From assembly GCF_963921235.1 (NCBI RefSeq), contig NC_086100.1, positions 143,592,001 through 143,656,000 on the forward strand: 64,000 nucleotides of DNA, given 5' to 3'. Source of the DNA: Mobula hypostoma (Eukaryota). This document shows positions 51,301 through 64,000 of the stretch, in pieces (position 1 is the first letter of the stretch; each line of letters starts with the position of its first letter). Under the pieces are notes generated by a model, which was not told the origin of the DNA, searched no databases, and worked only from the letters and a program-made list of their open reading frames with translations. Position numbers and translations under genes: made by a program.

Positions 51301-53219
51301 TTTTATTTAGTGTGTATGGATTTCTTCTCCATAGAACCATTGAGGCACGACTGTGCAAGCGTATGGACACAAACGAGTTAGACTGGCAGAAAGGATTTAA
51401 AAAGAAGACAGCTTTATGGAGCAGGCATCAGAGGAGCGGGCAACGGAGTTCAGGTAGACAGAATAGGAGCACTTTGGCTCAATGGGGCTTCAGCAATAAT
51501 GCATCGAGGTGAGGTCAGTAACTTGTGAAGAATAGGAATAGTTGGTGTGTCTTTGAGGCTGGTGTTCTGTAATGTGTGTCAGATATGGGATGTCTGGGAG
51601 ACTCTCAGCCTCCTGGACGGCCACATCTGCGCCAGGTGCATCAAGCTGCAGCTCTTTAGGGTTGGGCAACTGGAGATGCAGCTCAATGAGCTTCTTCCGG
51701 TCAGGGGAAGTGAGGAGGTGATAGAGAGGAGCTATAGGCATGTAGTCACACCGAGGCCTTGGGAAACTGATACGTAGGTAACAGTCAGGAGAGGGAATGG
51801 CAAGAGTCAGATGCTGGAGAGTACACTGTGGCTGTCCCACTTAACAACAAGTACTCCTGCTTGAGTACTGTTGGGGGGGAATGACCTGCCTGGAGGAAGC
51901 AACAGTGGCCGCGTCTCTGGCACAGAGTCTGGCCCTGTGGCTCAGAAGGGTCGGGGAAGGAAGAGGATGGCAGCAGTGATAGGGGACACTATAGTTAGGG
52001 GGGCAGACAGACTATGCTGTGGATGAAGGAAAGAAATGCAGATGGTAATTTACCTCCTCGGTGTCACAGTCCGGGATGTTTCTGATCGCGTCCACGATAT
52101 CCTGAAATGCAAAGGTGAAAAGAGTTGGTACATATTGGTACCAATGACATAGATAGGTAAAGAGAGGAGGTCCTGAAAACCGACTACAGGGAGTTAGGAA
52201 AGAAGCTGAGAAGCAGGAGCTAAAGGTAGTAATCTTGGGATTACTCCCTGTGCCACATGACAGTGAGTGTAGGAAAAGAGTGAGGCAGAGGATAAATGCG
52301 TGGCTGAGGGATTGGAGTAGGGGGCAGTGTTTCAGATTTCTGGGTCATTGAGAACCCTTTTGGGGCAGACGTGGCCTGTACAAAAAGGACAGGTTGCACT
52401 TGAATCCGAAGGTGACCAATATCCTGGCAGGGAGGTTAGCTAAGGCTATTGAGGAGAGTTTAAACTAGGATTGCTGGGGGTGGGAACCAAACTGAAGAGA
52501 TGGAGGAAAGAGTGGTTAGCTCAAAATAGAGAAAGCTTGTAGGCAGTGTGCGAGGGAGGATAGGCAAGTGATAGAGAAGGGTTACACTCAGACTGATGGC
52601 TTGAGATGTGTCTATTTTAATGCAAGAAGCATCATGAATAAAGTGGATGAGCTTTAAGTATGGATCAGTACCTGGAGCAATGATGTTGTGGCCATTACAG
52701 AGACTTGGATGGCTCAGGGGCAGGAATGGTTACTTAGAGTGCCAGGCTTTAGATGTTTCAGAAAGGACAGGGAAGGAGGCAAAAGAGGTGGGGGAGTGGT
52801 ACTGTTGATCAGAGATATTGTCACAGCTGCAGAAAAGGAGGAAGTAATAGAGAGATTGTCTACTGAGTCCCTGTGGGTGGAAGTTAGAAACAGGAAGGGG
52901 TCAATAACTCTACTGGGTATTTTTTCATAGACCATCCAATAGTAACAGAGACATTGAGGAGCAGATAGGGAGATGGATTCTGGAACGGTGTAGTAATAAC
53001 ATGGTTGTCATGATGGGGGATTTTAATTTCCCCAATATTGATTGGCATCTCCCTCAAGCAAGGGGTTTAGATAGGGTGGAGTCTGCTAGGTGTGTTCAGG
53101 AAGGTTTCCTGACACAAAATGTCGATATGCCTGCAAGAGAAGAGACTGTACTTGATCTGGTATTGGGAAATGAACCTGGTCAGGTGTCAAGTCTCTCAAT
53201 GGGAGAGCTTTTTTGAGAT

Positions 53220-53383
53220 GAAGAAGAAGAAAGCCCTTAACTCCAAGTGGAGTCATCGGGACACCATCATGATGATGTTTTTTTAGCTGGATTTCTTATT
53301 TTTACAAGGCCAAGTTGCTAGCTCAACGCTCAACCCGGCGCGGATGGAAAGCGTGCAAGGGAGCCGGCTGGATTTGAACTCAG
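53220..53383 (-). mobile_element. 5'-truncated tRNA-derived SINE inside CR1 ORF2
   Basis: Minus-strand B-box GAGTTCAAATCC and (TTC)n tail. TSD GAGAT at 53215-53219 / 53384-53388. Confidence 0.8.
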
Positions 53384-55237
53384 GAGATAATGATCATAAT
53401 TCTATCTCTTTTACCATAGCATTGGAGAGGGATAAGAACAGACAAATCAGGAAAGTGTTTAATTGAAGTAAGGGGCAAATATGAAGCTATCAGGCAGGAG
53501 CTTCAAAGCATAGATTGAAAGCAGATATTCTTGGGGAAATGTATGGCAGAAATGTGGGAAATGTTCAGAGGGTATTTGAATGATGTTCTGCACAGGTACG
53601 TTCCAACAAGGCAGGGAAATGACGGTATGGTACAGGATCCATGGTGTACAAAGGCAGTTGAAAATCTAATAAAGAAGAAAAGAAAAACTTACGGAAGGTT
53701 CAAAAAACTAGACAATGAAAGAGATCTAAAAAATTATAAGGCTAGCAGGAAGGAGCAAGATTGAATTTAGGAGAGCCAGAAGGGGCCATGAGAATGCCTT
53801 GGCAAGCAAGATTAAGGAAAACCCCAAGGCATTCTACAAGTATGTGAAGAGCAAGAGGATAAGACATGAGAAAATTGGACCAATCAAGTGTGATAGTGGA
53901 AAAGTGTGTATGGAACCGGAAGAGGTAGCAGAGGTACTTAATGAATACTTTACTTCAGTGTTCACTATGGAAAAGGACCTTGGCAATTGTAGGGATGATT
54001 TACAGTGGACTAAAAAGCTTGAGCATATAGACATTAAGAAAGAGGATGTGCTAGAACTTTTGGAAAGCATCAAGTTGGATAAGTCACCGGGACCAGATGA
54101 GATATACCATAGGCTATTGTGGGAGGCGAGGGAGGAGATTGCTGATCCTCTGACAATGATCTTTGCATCATCAATGGGGACGGGAGAGGTTCTGGAAGAT
54201 TGGAGGGTTGCGGACGTTGTTCTCTTATTCAAGAAAGGGACTAGAGATAGCCCAGGAAATTATAGACCAGTGAGTATTACTTCAGTGGTTGATAAGCTGA
54301 GGGAGAAGATCCTGAGAAGCAGGATATATGAACATTTGAAGAGGCATAATATGATTAGGAATAGTCAGCATGGCTTTGTCAAAGGCAGGTTGTGGCTACG
54401 AGCCTGATTGAATTTTTTGAGGATGTGACTAAACACATTGATGAAGGAAGAGCAGTAGATGTAGGGTGTATGGATTTCAACAAGGCATTTGATAAGGTAT
54501 CCCATGCAAGGCTTATTGAGAAAGTAAGGAGGAATGGGATCCAATGGGACATTGCTTTGTGGATCCAGAATTGGCTTGTTCACAAAAGGCAAAGAGTGTT
54601 TGTAGACAGATCGTATTCTGCATGGAGGTCAGTGACTAGTGGTGTGCCTCAGGGATATGATCTGGGACCCCTCCTTTGTGATTTTTATAAATGACCTGAA
54701 TGAGGAAGTGAAGGGATGAGTCAGCAAGTTTCCTGATGGGGTTATTGTGGATAGAGTAGAGGGGTATCAGAGGTTACAACGGGAAATTAATAGGATGACA
54801 AACGAGGCTGAGAAGTGACAGATGGAGTTCAACACAGACAAGTGTGAGGTGGCTCATTTTGGCAGGTCAAATATGATAACAGAATTAGTATTAATGCTAA
54901 GACTCTTGACAGTGAGGAGTATCAGAGGGATCTTGGAGTCCAAGTCCATCAGACATTCAAAGCTGCTGCGCAGGTTGACTCTGTGATTAAGAAGGCATAT
55001 GGTGTATTGGCCTACCTCAACTGTGGGATTGAGTTCAAGAGCCGAGAGGTAATGTTACAGCTATATAGGACCCTGGTCAGACCTCACTTGGAGTACTGTG
55101 CTCAGTTCTGGTCACTTCACTACAGGAATGATGTGGAAATTATAGAAAGGGTGCAGAGGAGATATACAAGGATATTGCCTGGATCGGGGAACATGCCTTA
55201 TGAGAATAAGTTGAGTGAACTTGGCCTTTTCTTGGCC

Positions 55238-55604
55238 TTAATGTTGAAAGGCATGGACAGAGTGGATGTGGCAAAGTTGTTTCCCATGATGAGGGAGTCT
55301 AGTACGAGACAGCATGACTTAAGGATTGAAGAGCGCCCATTCAGAACAGAAATGCGAAGAAATTTTTTAAGTCAGAGGGTGGTGAATCTATGGAATTTGT
55401 TGCCACGGGCAGCAGTGGAGGCTAAGTCATTGGGTGTATTTAAGGCAGTGATTGATAGGTATCTGAGTAGCCAGGGCATCAAAGGTTATAGTGAGAAGGC
55501 GGGGGAGTGGGACTAAATGGGAGAATGGATCAGCTCATGATAAAATGGTGGAGCAGACTCGATGGGCCGAATGGCTGACTTCTGCTCCTTTGTCTTATGG
55601 TCTT
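55238..55604 (+). mobile_element. CR1 3' fragment of a different subfamily nested in the CR1 3' end
   Basis: A second DRVD...SQRVV segment with a CTTATGGT tail, followed by resumption of the host CR1 (LEQ..MRGDL). Confidence 0.8.
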
Positions 55605-57697
55605 TCTGCTTGGAGCAACATGGGATGAGAGGTGACCTAACAGAGGTGTATAAGATGATGAAAGGCATTGATTCTGTGGATAGTCAGAGGCTTTTTCCTA
55701 GGGCTGAAATGGCTAACATGAGAGGACGCAGTTTTAAGGTGCTTGGAAGTAGGTACAGAGAAGATGTCAGGCGTAAGTTTTTTTATGCAGAGAGTGGTGA
55801 GTGTGGAATTGGCTGCTGGCCATGACGGTGGAGGAGGATATGATAGAGTCTTTTAAGGGACTCCTGGATAGGTACATGGAGCTTAGAAAAATAGAGGTCT
55901 ATGGGTAACCTGATGTAAGTTCTAAAGTAAGTACATGTTTGGCACAGCATTGTGGGCTGCAGGGGTTGTATTGGGCTGTAGGTTTTCTATGTTTCTAGAG
56001 CTTGATTCCAGCAACGCAGCAAATGCCTTGACCATTACTGATCACTACACCAGATATGCCCAAGCCTTCCCTACAAAGGATCAGAGGGTGTCCACTATGG
56101 CTAAATTGTTATGGGAAAATTATTTTGTTCAATATGATTCCAAAATTGATACACAGTGATCAGGGAAGGGATTTTGAGAGTAGGCTCATGCATAAGTTAC
56201 TGGGCATGCTTAGAGTGGAGAAGTCAAGGAAGACCTATCACCCTCAAGATGCTCCCCAACCTGAGAGGTTCAATGGGACATTGCTGGACGTGCTTGGAAC
56301 CCTGGATATCAGCAGAAAGAACAAAGAGAGTTTTCATATTGGGCCATTGCTATAACTGTACACTGAATTAAGCTACCGGATACATGCCATAATATTTGAG
56401 GTTCGGACATGAAATGAGGTTGTCTGTAGATCTCTGTGTTGCGACTGGGGGGGAAGACTTTCTACAGAGGACCTATCTTAAATTTGTGTCTGACATGAAA
56501 AAGGAACTGCAAAAGGCTTGTGAACTAGCAGAGGCCTCTGTGACCAAGCGGAATCAAGAAAACAAGGAGATATGATCAAAAGATTAGCTCCTCCCAGCTG
56601 ATGCCTGGAGACAGAGTACCAATGGGTGGCCTGGCCTTACATATTGGAAAGTCAGGTGCAAAATGTGCTAATTTTCCAATGAAGCCAAAAGATGGGAATG
56701 GGCCTGTCAAAATTCTTCATCGGAATCTTTTTTACCTCTAGGTCAGGGGGTACGTGGTGACCCAGACCCTACACCTAATAGGTGAGTTCTTCGCAGAAGG
56801 GGAGAACAGAAAGGCAATCAGTGAACCTTACCACTGAGTGCTGTATGGACTCAGAAGATGAGCAAATGGGGGTGTGGTCTTTGTTACCTTATGCAAACTC
56901 CCAATAATTGAGAAGAGATTCCTGAAACTCTCCATCCATGCTGACTCAGAAGTAACGGAGGGGGACTAGCAGTGGACAGGCAGATGTGATGCTGGACAAT
57001 GAAGGGAAGCTGGGCTCCAATGTATTGGGGATGCAGCTGAGTGCAGTCAAGTAACAGGGAGACCTGCATTGTCACAAGGCATGAGTAATGGACAGCGGGA
57101 GACATCCTCAAGTAAACAGGAAAGATCCCAATGAGGGCTTGAAATTGGAGAAACCGATGATGGGATAAGGAGGACTCAAAGAGTCAGGAAACCCCCAGAT
57201 AGGCTGGCCTATGATGCACTGAGGGAACAGAGTGTTGCATCTAGTGAGATATGTCACTACCATTTACAAATGGATTGGAGGTCCTGACATCATAAAATTT
57301 CTTTGAAAACTGTATTAATGATGGGTTGATGAATTTCAAAGTCATTGTTGGGGAGAGGGTGTAACGCCCTGGTTCACATTTGACTGCTAATGCTGCAGTG
57401 TATTTCATTTAATAGTTTTCTAGAGAAGCACTGTGCTTTATTGATTATTTGGGTTTCAGTTAAAGATAAGGGATTGTGATGTTCAACTTCGGAATGTTAG
57501 GTCAGCCAATCAGGATTGTGAAATTGGGAGAAGGTTCTAGAGAAAGCTGGACGGAGAGGTTTTGTGACAGACACTGGTGGAGGTTAAGGTCCTTTTTGGC
57601 AGGAGATGGAGAATGAAGGAGATTGGGAGAACCAACTGTAGGATTTGATCCATCTGGAGTACGCAGTTCGATGAAGTCCAAAATAGGAAGTTCTGCC

Positions 57698-58638
57698 TGT
57701 AATGAATGGATCTATTTCTTTTAGACCAATGACCCCCCCACCCCCTTAGCACGACATATTGATCTGTTGTCTGCGCATGTGCTGTTGTCTACAAATGTGC
57801 ATTGTTCTCTCTCTCTTGCTGCTGTGTGAATACACCAGTTGAAGCCATATCTTGTGTCCATGCTTTTATTTAATATATATGTAGTTGTGCATAGACAGAA
57901 CAAATTGGCGATGAGTATGGACCTGAATGTCAGAGAATCTCACCAACTGCACTTACAGTTAGAGGATGAAACAGTGAAAGTTAAACAGCATGGGAAGGCC
58001 ATCACAGATGCTAACAAACACAAGTAATAGTGCATAGTAACAGTGAAAGATGTGCTGAATTTCAAGTGAAAATAACATAGCGATGGGTTCAGTCGGGAAG
58101 GTTGATGAATTTGATAATGAAGGCTGGGAGTTGTATATTGAGATGGTTGAACTGTACTGTAATGTGATCAACATTTTGGAGGTCAGACATGGAGATGTTA
58201 TGTTGAACAGATACTGAATGATCAACCAAACAACTCACCTGAGTCGACTGCATCCAACAAGACGGACACATTACAGTCACCGGACTTGCCTCTCAGTGAT
58301 GACAACAATGTGACACTGGAGACTGAGAACCCTGTTTTCGCTACCTTGAATGAAACAGAGTGCCACTTAAAAGATTGATCCTTTAGAATTGTGAAGTTAG
58401 TTAAGAACTGTTATTGTGAAAGCATGTTGTTTGGAATATGGGTTTATGAAAGGGAAATTGAATGTCTTGTACATATACAGTTTTATGTTGCATTAACCTA
58501 AAGGGGAAGGAAGTGCATGCACATCGTTCTCTCTCTCTCTCTCTCTCTCTCTCGCTGCAATATGGATACACCAGGTAAAACTGTCTACCGTGTCCATGTT
58601 TTTATTTGGTATATATGTAGTTGTGCGCAGGCACATCA
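57698..58638 (+). mobile_element. Internally deleted miniature LTR element (941 bp) nested in the Gypsy 3' LTR
   Basis: 5' LTR at 57698-57902, PBS-like TGGCGATGAG, gag start MGSVGKVDEFD at 58083, PPT AAAGGGGAAGGAAG, and shortened 3' LTR at 58514-58638. TSD CTGCC/CTACC. Confidence 0.85.
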
Positions 58639-59184
58639 CTACCAATGAATAGGAGTTGGTGCCATGAGTAAAAAATCACATCCAGATTTTGGAAGATCTG
58701 AGCTTCAACCTCATGCATATTTGACTGGTTTAATTATAATTGGCCTTTTTTTCTTTCTTTTTCTTTCTTCTTTAATAACTGTTTGATTAAGCTGACATTC
58801 ATAAATGCATCTTCTTTATAATTGTACATACTGTACAATCTGTTATTTTTTGCTGACAGATAATTGCATGTGAGCAGTATTTACACAGTATTCACTCAGA
58901 TAGGGGTTCAAGTGGTCAAAACATCGCAACTTCTCGATTTGGTGGGACCCAAATTATACCAAAGCTAGACGTCCGGAGTTTAAAAAAGGTAGTTTTCTCA
59001 CTGCTGAGTTCAGTGGCTATTAACAAGGGGCTAATAAGCTGTATGTTTCGAGACACCCAGTAAAAGGGGCTTCACAAGTATATTGCCAAGATCGGAGAAC
59101 AACTCAACCCAACCATCAACCTCCTAAGTTAAACATTTTCTGAATTCTTTCAAAGAATAAATTACTAGATCAAATCAATATTTA

Positions 59185-59390
59185 GTGTCACCTCAGTTTG
59201 CTTTTAAAACTGCATCAGTTGTCTTAAGTACATCATGCAGTTTTATAAGAAAATCGACTGGTAGGTTTTCCAAACATCTTGGAGAACTTGCCACAGTTCT
59301 TCTGCAGACTTTAGCTGTCTCGCTTACTTCTGTCTCTCCAGACCGACTCGATGATGTTGAGATCAGGGCTCTGTGGAGACCATACCATCT
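59185..59390 (-). mobile_element. Tc1 transposase C-terminal remnant
   Basis: The minus strand of about 59348-59382 encodes WSPQSPDLNIIE, the Tc1 WP.QSPDLN.IE motif. Confidence 0.75.
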
Positions 59391-60425
59391 GAAATCATAT
59401 AAAATCTCTGTGTGTCTAAGACTTTCGGACAGTACTGTATGTTGTACCTGTTTTAATTTTATTATAAACATTTGCCTGGTCATACAATCTAAAATTGAAT
59501 GCTGCTTCCTGATTTCTCCCTTTTGTGCACTTAACACATTATCTATTCCCTTAACTTATTTTTTTTTACTTTCACTCTAATGAATAGTTAGTGTAAAAGG
59601 CAAAGCTATTCCCTTTCATTCATTTTACAAGTGGAAAGTGTTAAGGTTCCAGGTGGGAGTGATTTACCTAAATTACCCGAGCAGCAGTCAAATTTTAACC
59701 ACCAACAGATCAGGCAAGCATTTACTCATTATCATGCGTTTCGAGGTTATTATCTTTCATATGGAACCTTTTTAATGTTAGACAACAAAAGTTATAATCT
59801 GTGAAAGCATTCCCTCTACAGTATTAGACACCTATTACTGAGAACTCCAAGAAATCAGCAGGAAAAGTTAAATGAGATTGGATATAAATGTGATGGCAAC
59901 AAAATACATGACAAATTCAGAACAAAGATCTGGAGTCCCATTGTGTTGAATTGTCTTTCTTTCTTTCAGAGCATTTCACTTCCTGTTGGTGTAACAGATA
60001 CAGAATGTAGTAGGATTTTAACCACACAGCAAAATGCAAGACTACATAAACACTAGTTCTAATTTTGAAAGCTTTGGTAAAATGCACCAACCAAACTACC
60101 CATTCTCCTCAGGCACTTCATCAATCTTTTACCTTTTTTTGATTACCTCTACCACATTCAGACTTTCTTCTCACTTGCAGATCTCTCCAGTCCCCACATT
60201 TCAGTCCTCAGCATGCCCCATTCCAAACATTTCCCCATCTTCTTCCTCCACACATCCCATCCACCCCACGTCTCCACTTCTGACTTATTTCAACCTGACT
60301 TTATCCCACCCCTGACTTCTCAGAATATCATCTACTTCCCTCATTGATCATCTTCCAATCATCTCCTCCATCCCACAAAGATTTACCCAGTCCTTCACAT
60401 GGAAGAAAGAATTTTGTATAGGATT

Positions 60426-60773
60426 TCAACACACATCAAAGTTGCTGGTGAACGCAGCAGGCCAGGCAGCATCCATAGGAGGAGGTGCAGTCGACGTTTC
60501 AGGCCGAAACCCTTCGTCAGGACTAACTGAAGGAAGAGTGAGTAAGGGATTTGAAAGTTGGAGGGGGAGGGGGAGATCCAAAATGATAGGAGAAGACAGG
60601 AGGGGGAGGGATAGAGCCAAGAGCTGGACAGGTGATAGGCAAAAGGGGATATGAGAGGATCATGGGACAGGAGGTCCGGGAAGAAAGACGGGGGGGGGGG
60701 TGACCCAGAGGATGGGCAAGAGGTATATTCAGAGGGACAGAGGGAGAAAAAGGAGAGTGAGAGAAAGAATGTA
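60426..60773 (-). mobile_element. PLE 3'-repeat-only insertion with intact hammerhead motif (60488-60524)
   Basis: Near-identical to 45378-45725. 11-bp TSD TGTATAGGATT at 60415-60425 / 60774-60784. Confidence 0.9.
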
Positions 60774-61319
60774 TGTATAGGATTGCATGTTCAAAGCCCA
60801 CAGTATCTTAGTCATTGTGTAGAAGGAAAAAAATTAGATTTAAATTCATTCAGTTATCAGATGCACATTGAAACATAGAATGAAATGTGTTGTTTGCATA
60901 TAATCAACCAACACGGTCAAAGATATGTTGGGGGCATACGTTGGCTGTTAACGCTAACATTCCAGTAGCAACATAGCATGTCCACAATATTCAGCAAAAC
61001 AACAGAAGTAAAAACAACAACAGAGCAACAAAATGACAACAGCAAAATAAGTCCCTTCCTTCCCTCACACCCACCGACCCAACCTCTCACGCACGCAGAA
61101 AGTGTCCCAATGCCAGGACAGGCCGCCTCCAGTGAACTCACAGACTCATGGACCACACCTCACCCCCCCACCCTCACCATTGGGCCTCGATTCACAGACT
61201 TCTGATCAACCTTTTGTATTGACCCCAGGACTCCAATGCATAACATTGATGCATTTCCTTTGCCCTATTCCAAGCTTCATTGTCCATGAGCTATCTCCCT
61301 CTGAGGTCACAACATCAGC

Positions 61320-64000
61320 TATTGGAAAGATAAAAACTCCAGATGCTAGAGACCAGTGGGGAAGATGGCACAACAGTATTGGCTGAAGTTTCTGGGAACA
61401 ATTCGGCATGTGCAGGAGAGATATATACCAAAGAAGTAGTATTCTAAAGGCAGGATGGTGCAGTCATGGCTAATAACATGAAAGCAAAAGAGAGAGCATA
61501 TAATAGAACACAATTTAGTGTGAAGTAAGAAAATTGGGAAGCATTCAAAAACCAACAGAAGGCAACTAAAAAAACCATAAGGAGGGAAAAATGAAATATG
61601 CAGGTAAGATAGCCTATAATATAAAAGAGCATACCAGAAGTGTTTTTCAGATATATTAAGCTTAAAAGAGAGCCAGGATACATATTGGACCACTGGAAAA
61701 TAATGGGGGAGGGGTAGTAATGGGGGAAAAGGAAATGCTGTATCAAGTGAATAAATATTTTGTAACACTCTTCACTATGGAAGGCACTAGCAGAGTGCTA
61801 GAGTTTCAAGAGTGCCCAGTGGCAGAAGTGAGAGCAGTTGTATCACCAGGGAGAAAGCTCCTGGAAATCTGAAAGGTTTGAAGATAGATAAATCACCTGG
61901 ACCAGATGGTCTACACACCAATGTTCTGAATGAGGTAGCTGAAGAAATTATAGAGACATTAGTAATGATCTTTCAAGAATCACTATTTTCTGGCATGGTT
62001 TTGAAGGACTGGAAAATTGCAAATGTCACGCCACTCTTCATGAAGGAGGGGAGGCAGAAGAAAGGAAATTATAGCCCAGTTAGTCTGACCTCACTGAATG
62101 GGAAGGTGTTGAAGTCAATTGTAAAGGATGAGTTCTTAGAGTAATTGGAGATAAAATAGACTACAGTCAGTACGGTTTCTTTAAGAGAAATTTTTAACTG
62201 ACAAATCTGATGGAATTCTTTCAGGAAATAACAAGTAGGATAGACAAAGGAAAATTGGTGGATGTTGTGTACTTGGATTTTCAGGAGGCCTTTGACAAAG
62301 TGCAGCAAATGAGACAGTTTAACAAGATAGGAGCCTTCAGTATTACAGGAAAGATACTAGCATTGATAAAGGTTTGGATGATTGGCAGGAGGCAAAGACT
62401 GGGAATAAAGAGAGCCATTTATAGCTGGATGGCTGCCAGTGAGTAGTGGTGTTACACGGAGGTCAGTGTTAGGGCCGTTCCTTTTTGCGTTATATGTCAA
62501 TGAGAGATGTGATGGCTTTGAGTTGAATTGACTTTATTTCTTACATCCTTCACATACATGAGGAGTAAAAATCTTTATGTTACATCTCCATCTAAATGTG
62601 CAATGTGCAATCACAGTAATTTATAATAAACAGAACAGTCAATGTAACGTAGAATACTCTCAAATCAGTGTGAGTTAATCAGTCCGTTGGCCTGGTGGGA
62701 GAAGCTGTGTCGGAGCCTGTTGGTCCTGGCTTTTATGCTGCAGTACCATTTCCTGGATGGCAGCAGATGGAATAGATTGTGGTTAGGGTGACTTGGGTCC
62801 CCAATGATCCTACGGGCCATTTTTACACACCTGCCTTTGTAAATGTCCTGAATCATGGGAAGTTCACAACTACAGATGCACTGAGTTGTCTGCACCACTC
62901 TCTTCAGAGTCCTGAGATTAAGGGAGGTACAGTACCCATACCAGGCAGTGAAGTAGCCAGTCAGGATGCTCTCAATTGTGCCCCTGTAGGAAGTTCTTAG
63001 GATCTGAGGGCCCATACAAAACTTCCTCAATCGTCTGAGGTGAAAGAGGCACTATTGTGCCTCCTTCACCACACAGCTGGTGAGTATAGATCACGTGAGG
63101 TCCTTGGTGATGTGGATGCCGAGGAACTTAAAACAGTCTACCCTCTCAACCCCCATTGATATCAATAGGGGTTAGCCCATCTCCATTCCTCCTGTAGTGC
63201 ACAACCAGTTCCTTTGTTTTTGCGACATTAAGGGAGAGGTTGTTTTCTTGACGCCATTGTGTCAGAGAGATGACTTCTTCCCTGTAGGCGACATCCTTAT
63301 TGTTTGAGATAAGGCCAATTGATGTAGTGTTGTTGCAAATTTAATTAGCAGATTAGAGGTGTGAGTGGTGACACAGTCATGGGTATACAGGGAGTAAAGG
63401 AGGGGACATAGTACATAGCCCTGAGGGTCTCCTGTATTGAGAGTCAGAGGGGTGGAGGTGAGGGAGCCCACTCTTGCCACCTGCTGGCAATCTGACAGGA
63501 AGTCCAGGATCCAGTTGCACAAACCAGGGTCAAGGCCGAGATCTCTGAGCTTCTTGTTGAGCCTGGATGGAACTGTGTGTCCTACTGTAAGGACGATATG
63601 AAAACAGGTGGAGGGGTAGGTAGTGTTGAGGAAGCAGTGGTGGTAGAAGGACTCAGACCCACTAAGAGAATGGGAAAAGTGGCAGATAGAAGACAGTGTT
63701 GTGAAGTGTAGGGTCATGAACTGTGGTAGAAGGAATAAAAGCATAGACTATTTTCTAAATTTAGAAAATTCAAAACTGAGGTGCAATCGGTCTTGGGAGT
63801 CCTTGTGCAGGATTCCTTAATAGTGAACTTGCAGGATGAGTTGGTTGTGAGGAAGGAAAATGCAATATTAGCATTCATTTCGAGTGGACCAGAATATAAA
63901 CCAAGGATGTAACGCTGAAGCTTTAAAAGGCACTTATGAGGCCCCACTTGGAATATTGTGAACAGTTTTTGGTCCCTTATCTCAGAAAAGATGGGCTGTT
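61320..64000 (+). mobile_element. Decayed CR1 ORF2, interrupted by Rex1 and running off the window
   Basis: Encodes KSPGPDGLH, DWKIANVTPLF, YLDFQEAFDKV and RPHLEYC. Confidence 0.85.
62518..63575 (-). mobile_element. Rex1/Babar LINE, 5'-truncated
   Basis: Encodes LCNWILDFL, PQGYVLCPLLYSLYTHDC and IESILTG. Tail reads TTGAGTTGAATTGA on the + strand. Confidence 0.9.

Larger units (their letters stand above)
51339..55996 (+). mobile_element. Full-length decayed CR1 inserted in the Gypsy integrase
   Basis: ORF1 has CNVCQIW...CARC, VIGD, HIGTND and LHLN. ORF2 has AITETW, GDFNFP, KSPGPD, NYRPVS and DFNKAFD. The integrase reads MDFFSIE before the insertion and ELDSSN after it. Confidence 0.9.
43101..59074 (+). 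mobile_element. Decayed Ty3/Gypsy LTR retrotransposon with PNMA-like gag, carrying nested insertions
   Basis: 5' LTR at about 43101-43664 (5'-truncated), PBS, gag with zinc knuckle (CYSCAEDRHFKREC), protease LDTGSQ at about 45320, RT YLDD at about 49607, and RNase H. Integrase (LHDNSVHLG...YWP; DHYTRY; HSDQG) is followed by PPT GGGGAGAGGG and a 3' LTR at 57360-59074. Confidence 0.9.

Overview
This is repeat-dense vertebrate genomic DNA with no recognisable host protein-coding exon, rRNA, tRNA gene or CRISPR array. It is most likely a long intron or intergenic region of a cartilaginous fish (shark/ray), inferred from the CR1, Penelope, Rex1, V-SINE and Deu-SINE repertoire. Almost all long ORFs are retrotransposon remnants. 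The window holds Penelope-like elements (PLEs; RT plus GIY-YIG), many CR1 LINEs (two near full length), several Rex1/Babar LINE fragments, a full-length RTE-clade LINE with an 11-bp TSD, and an L1 3' fragment. It also holds a solo LTR, a decayed Gypsy element with PNMA-like gag and a tRNA-Pro PBS that has collected at least five nested insertions, tRNA-derived SINEs and Tc1 remnants. No element appears fully intact. The most interesting signals are RNA-level and junction-level. These are a minimal hammerhead-ribozyme motif in five PLE 3' ends, PLE-derived fold-back hairpins, a 6 x 36-bp reiteration at a PLE 5' junction inside the TSD, a candidate HDV-like ribozyme in the RTE 5' UTR, and an inverted target duplication at a CR1 junction. 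I cannot support a wholly new biological system from sequence alone; these are the best leads.
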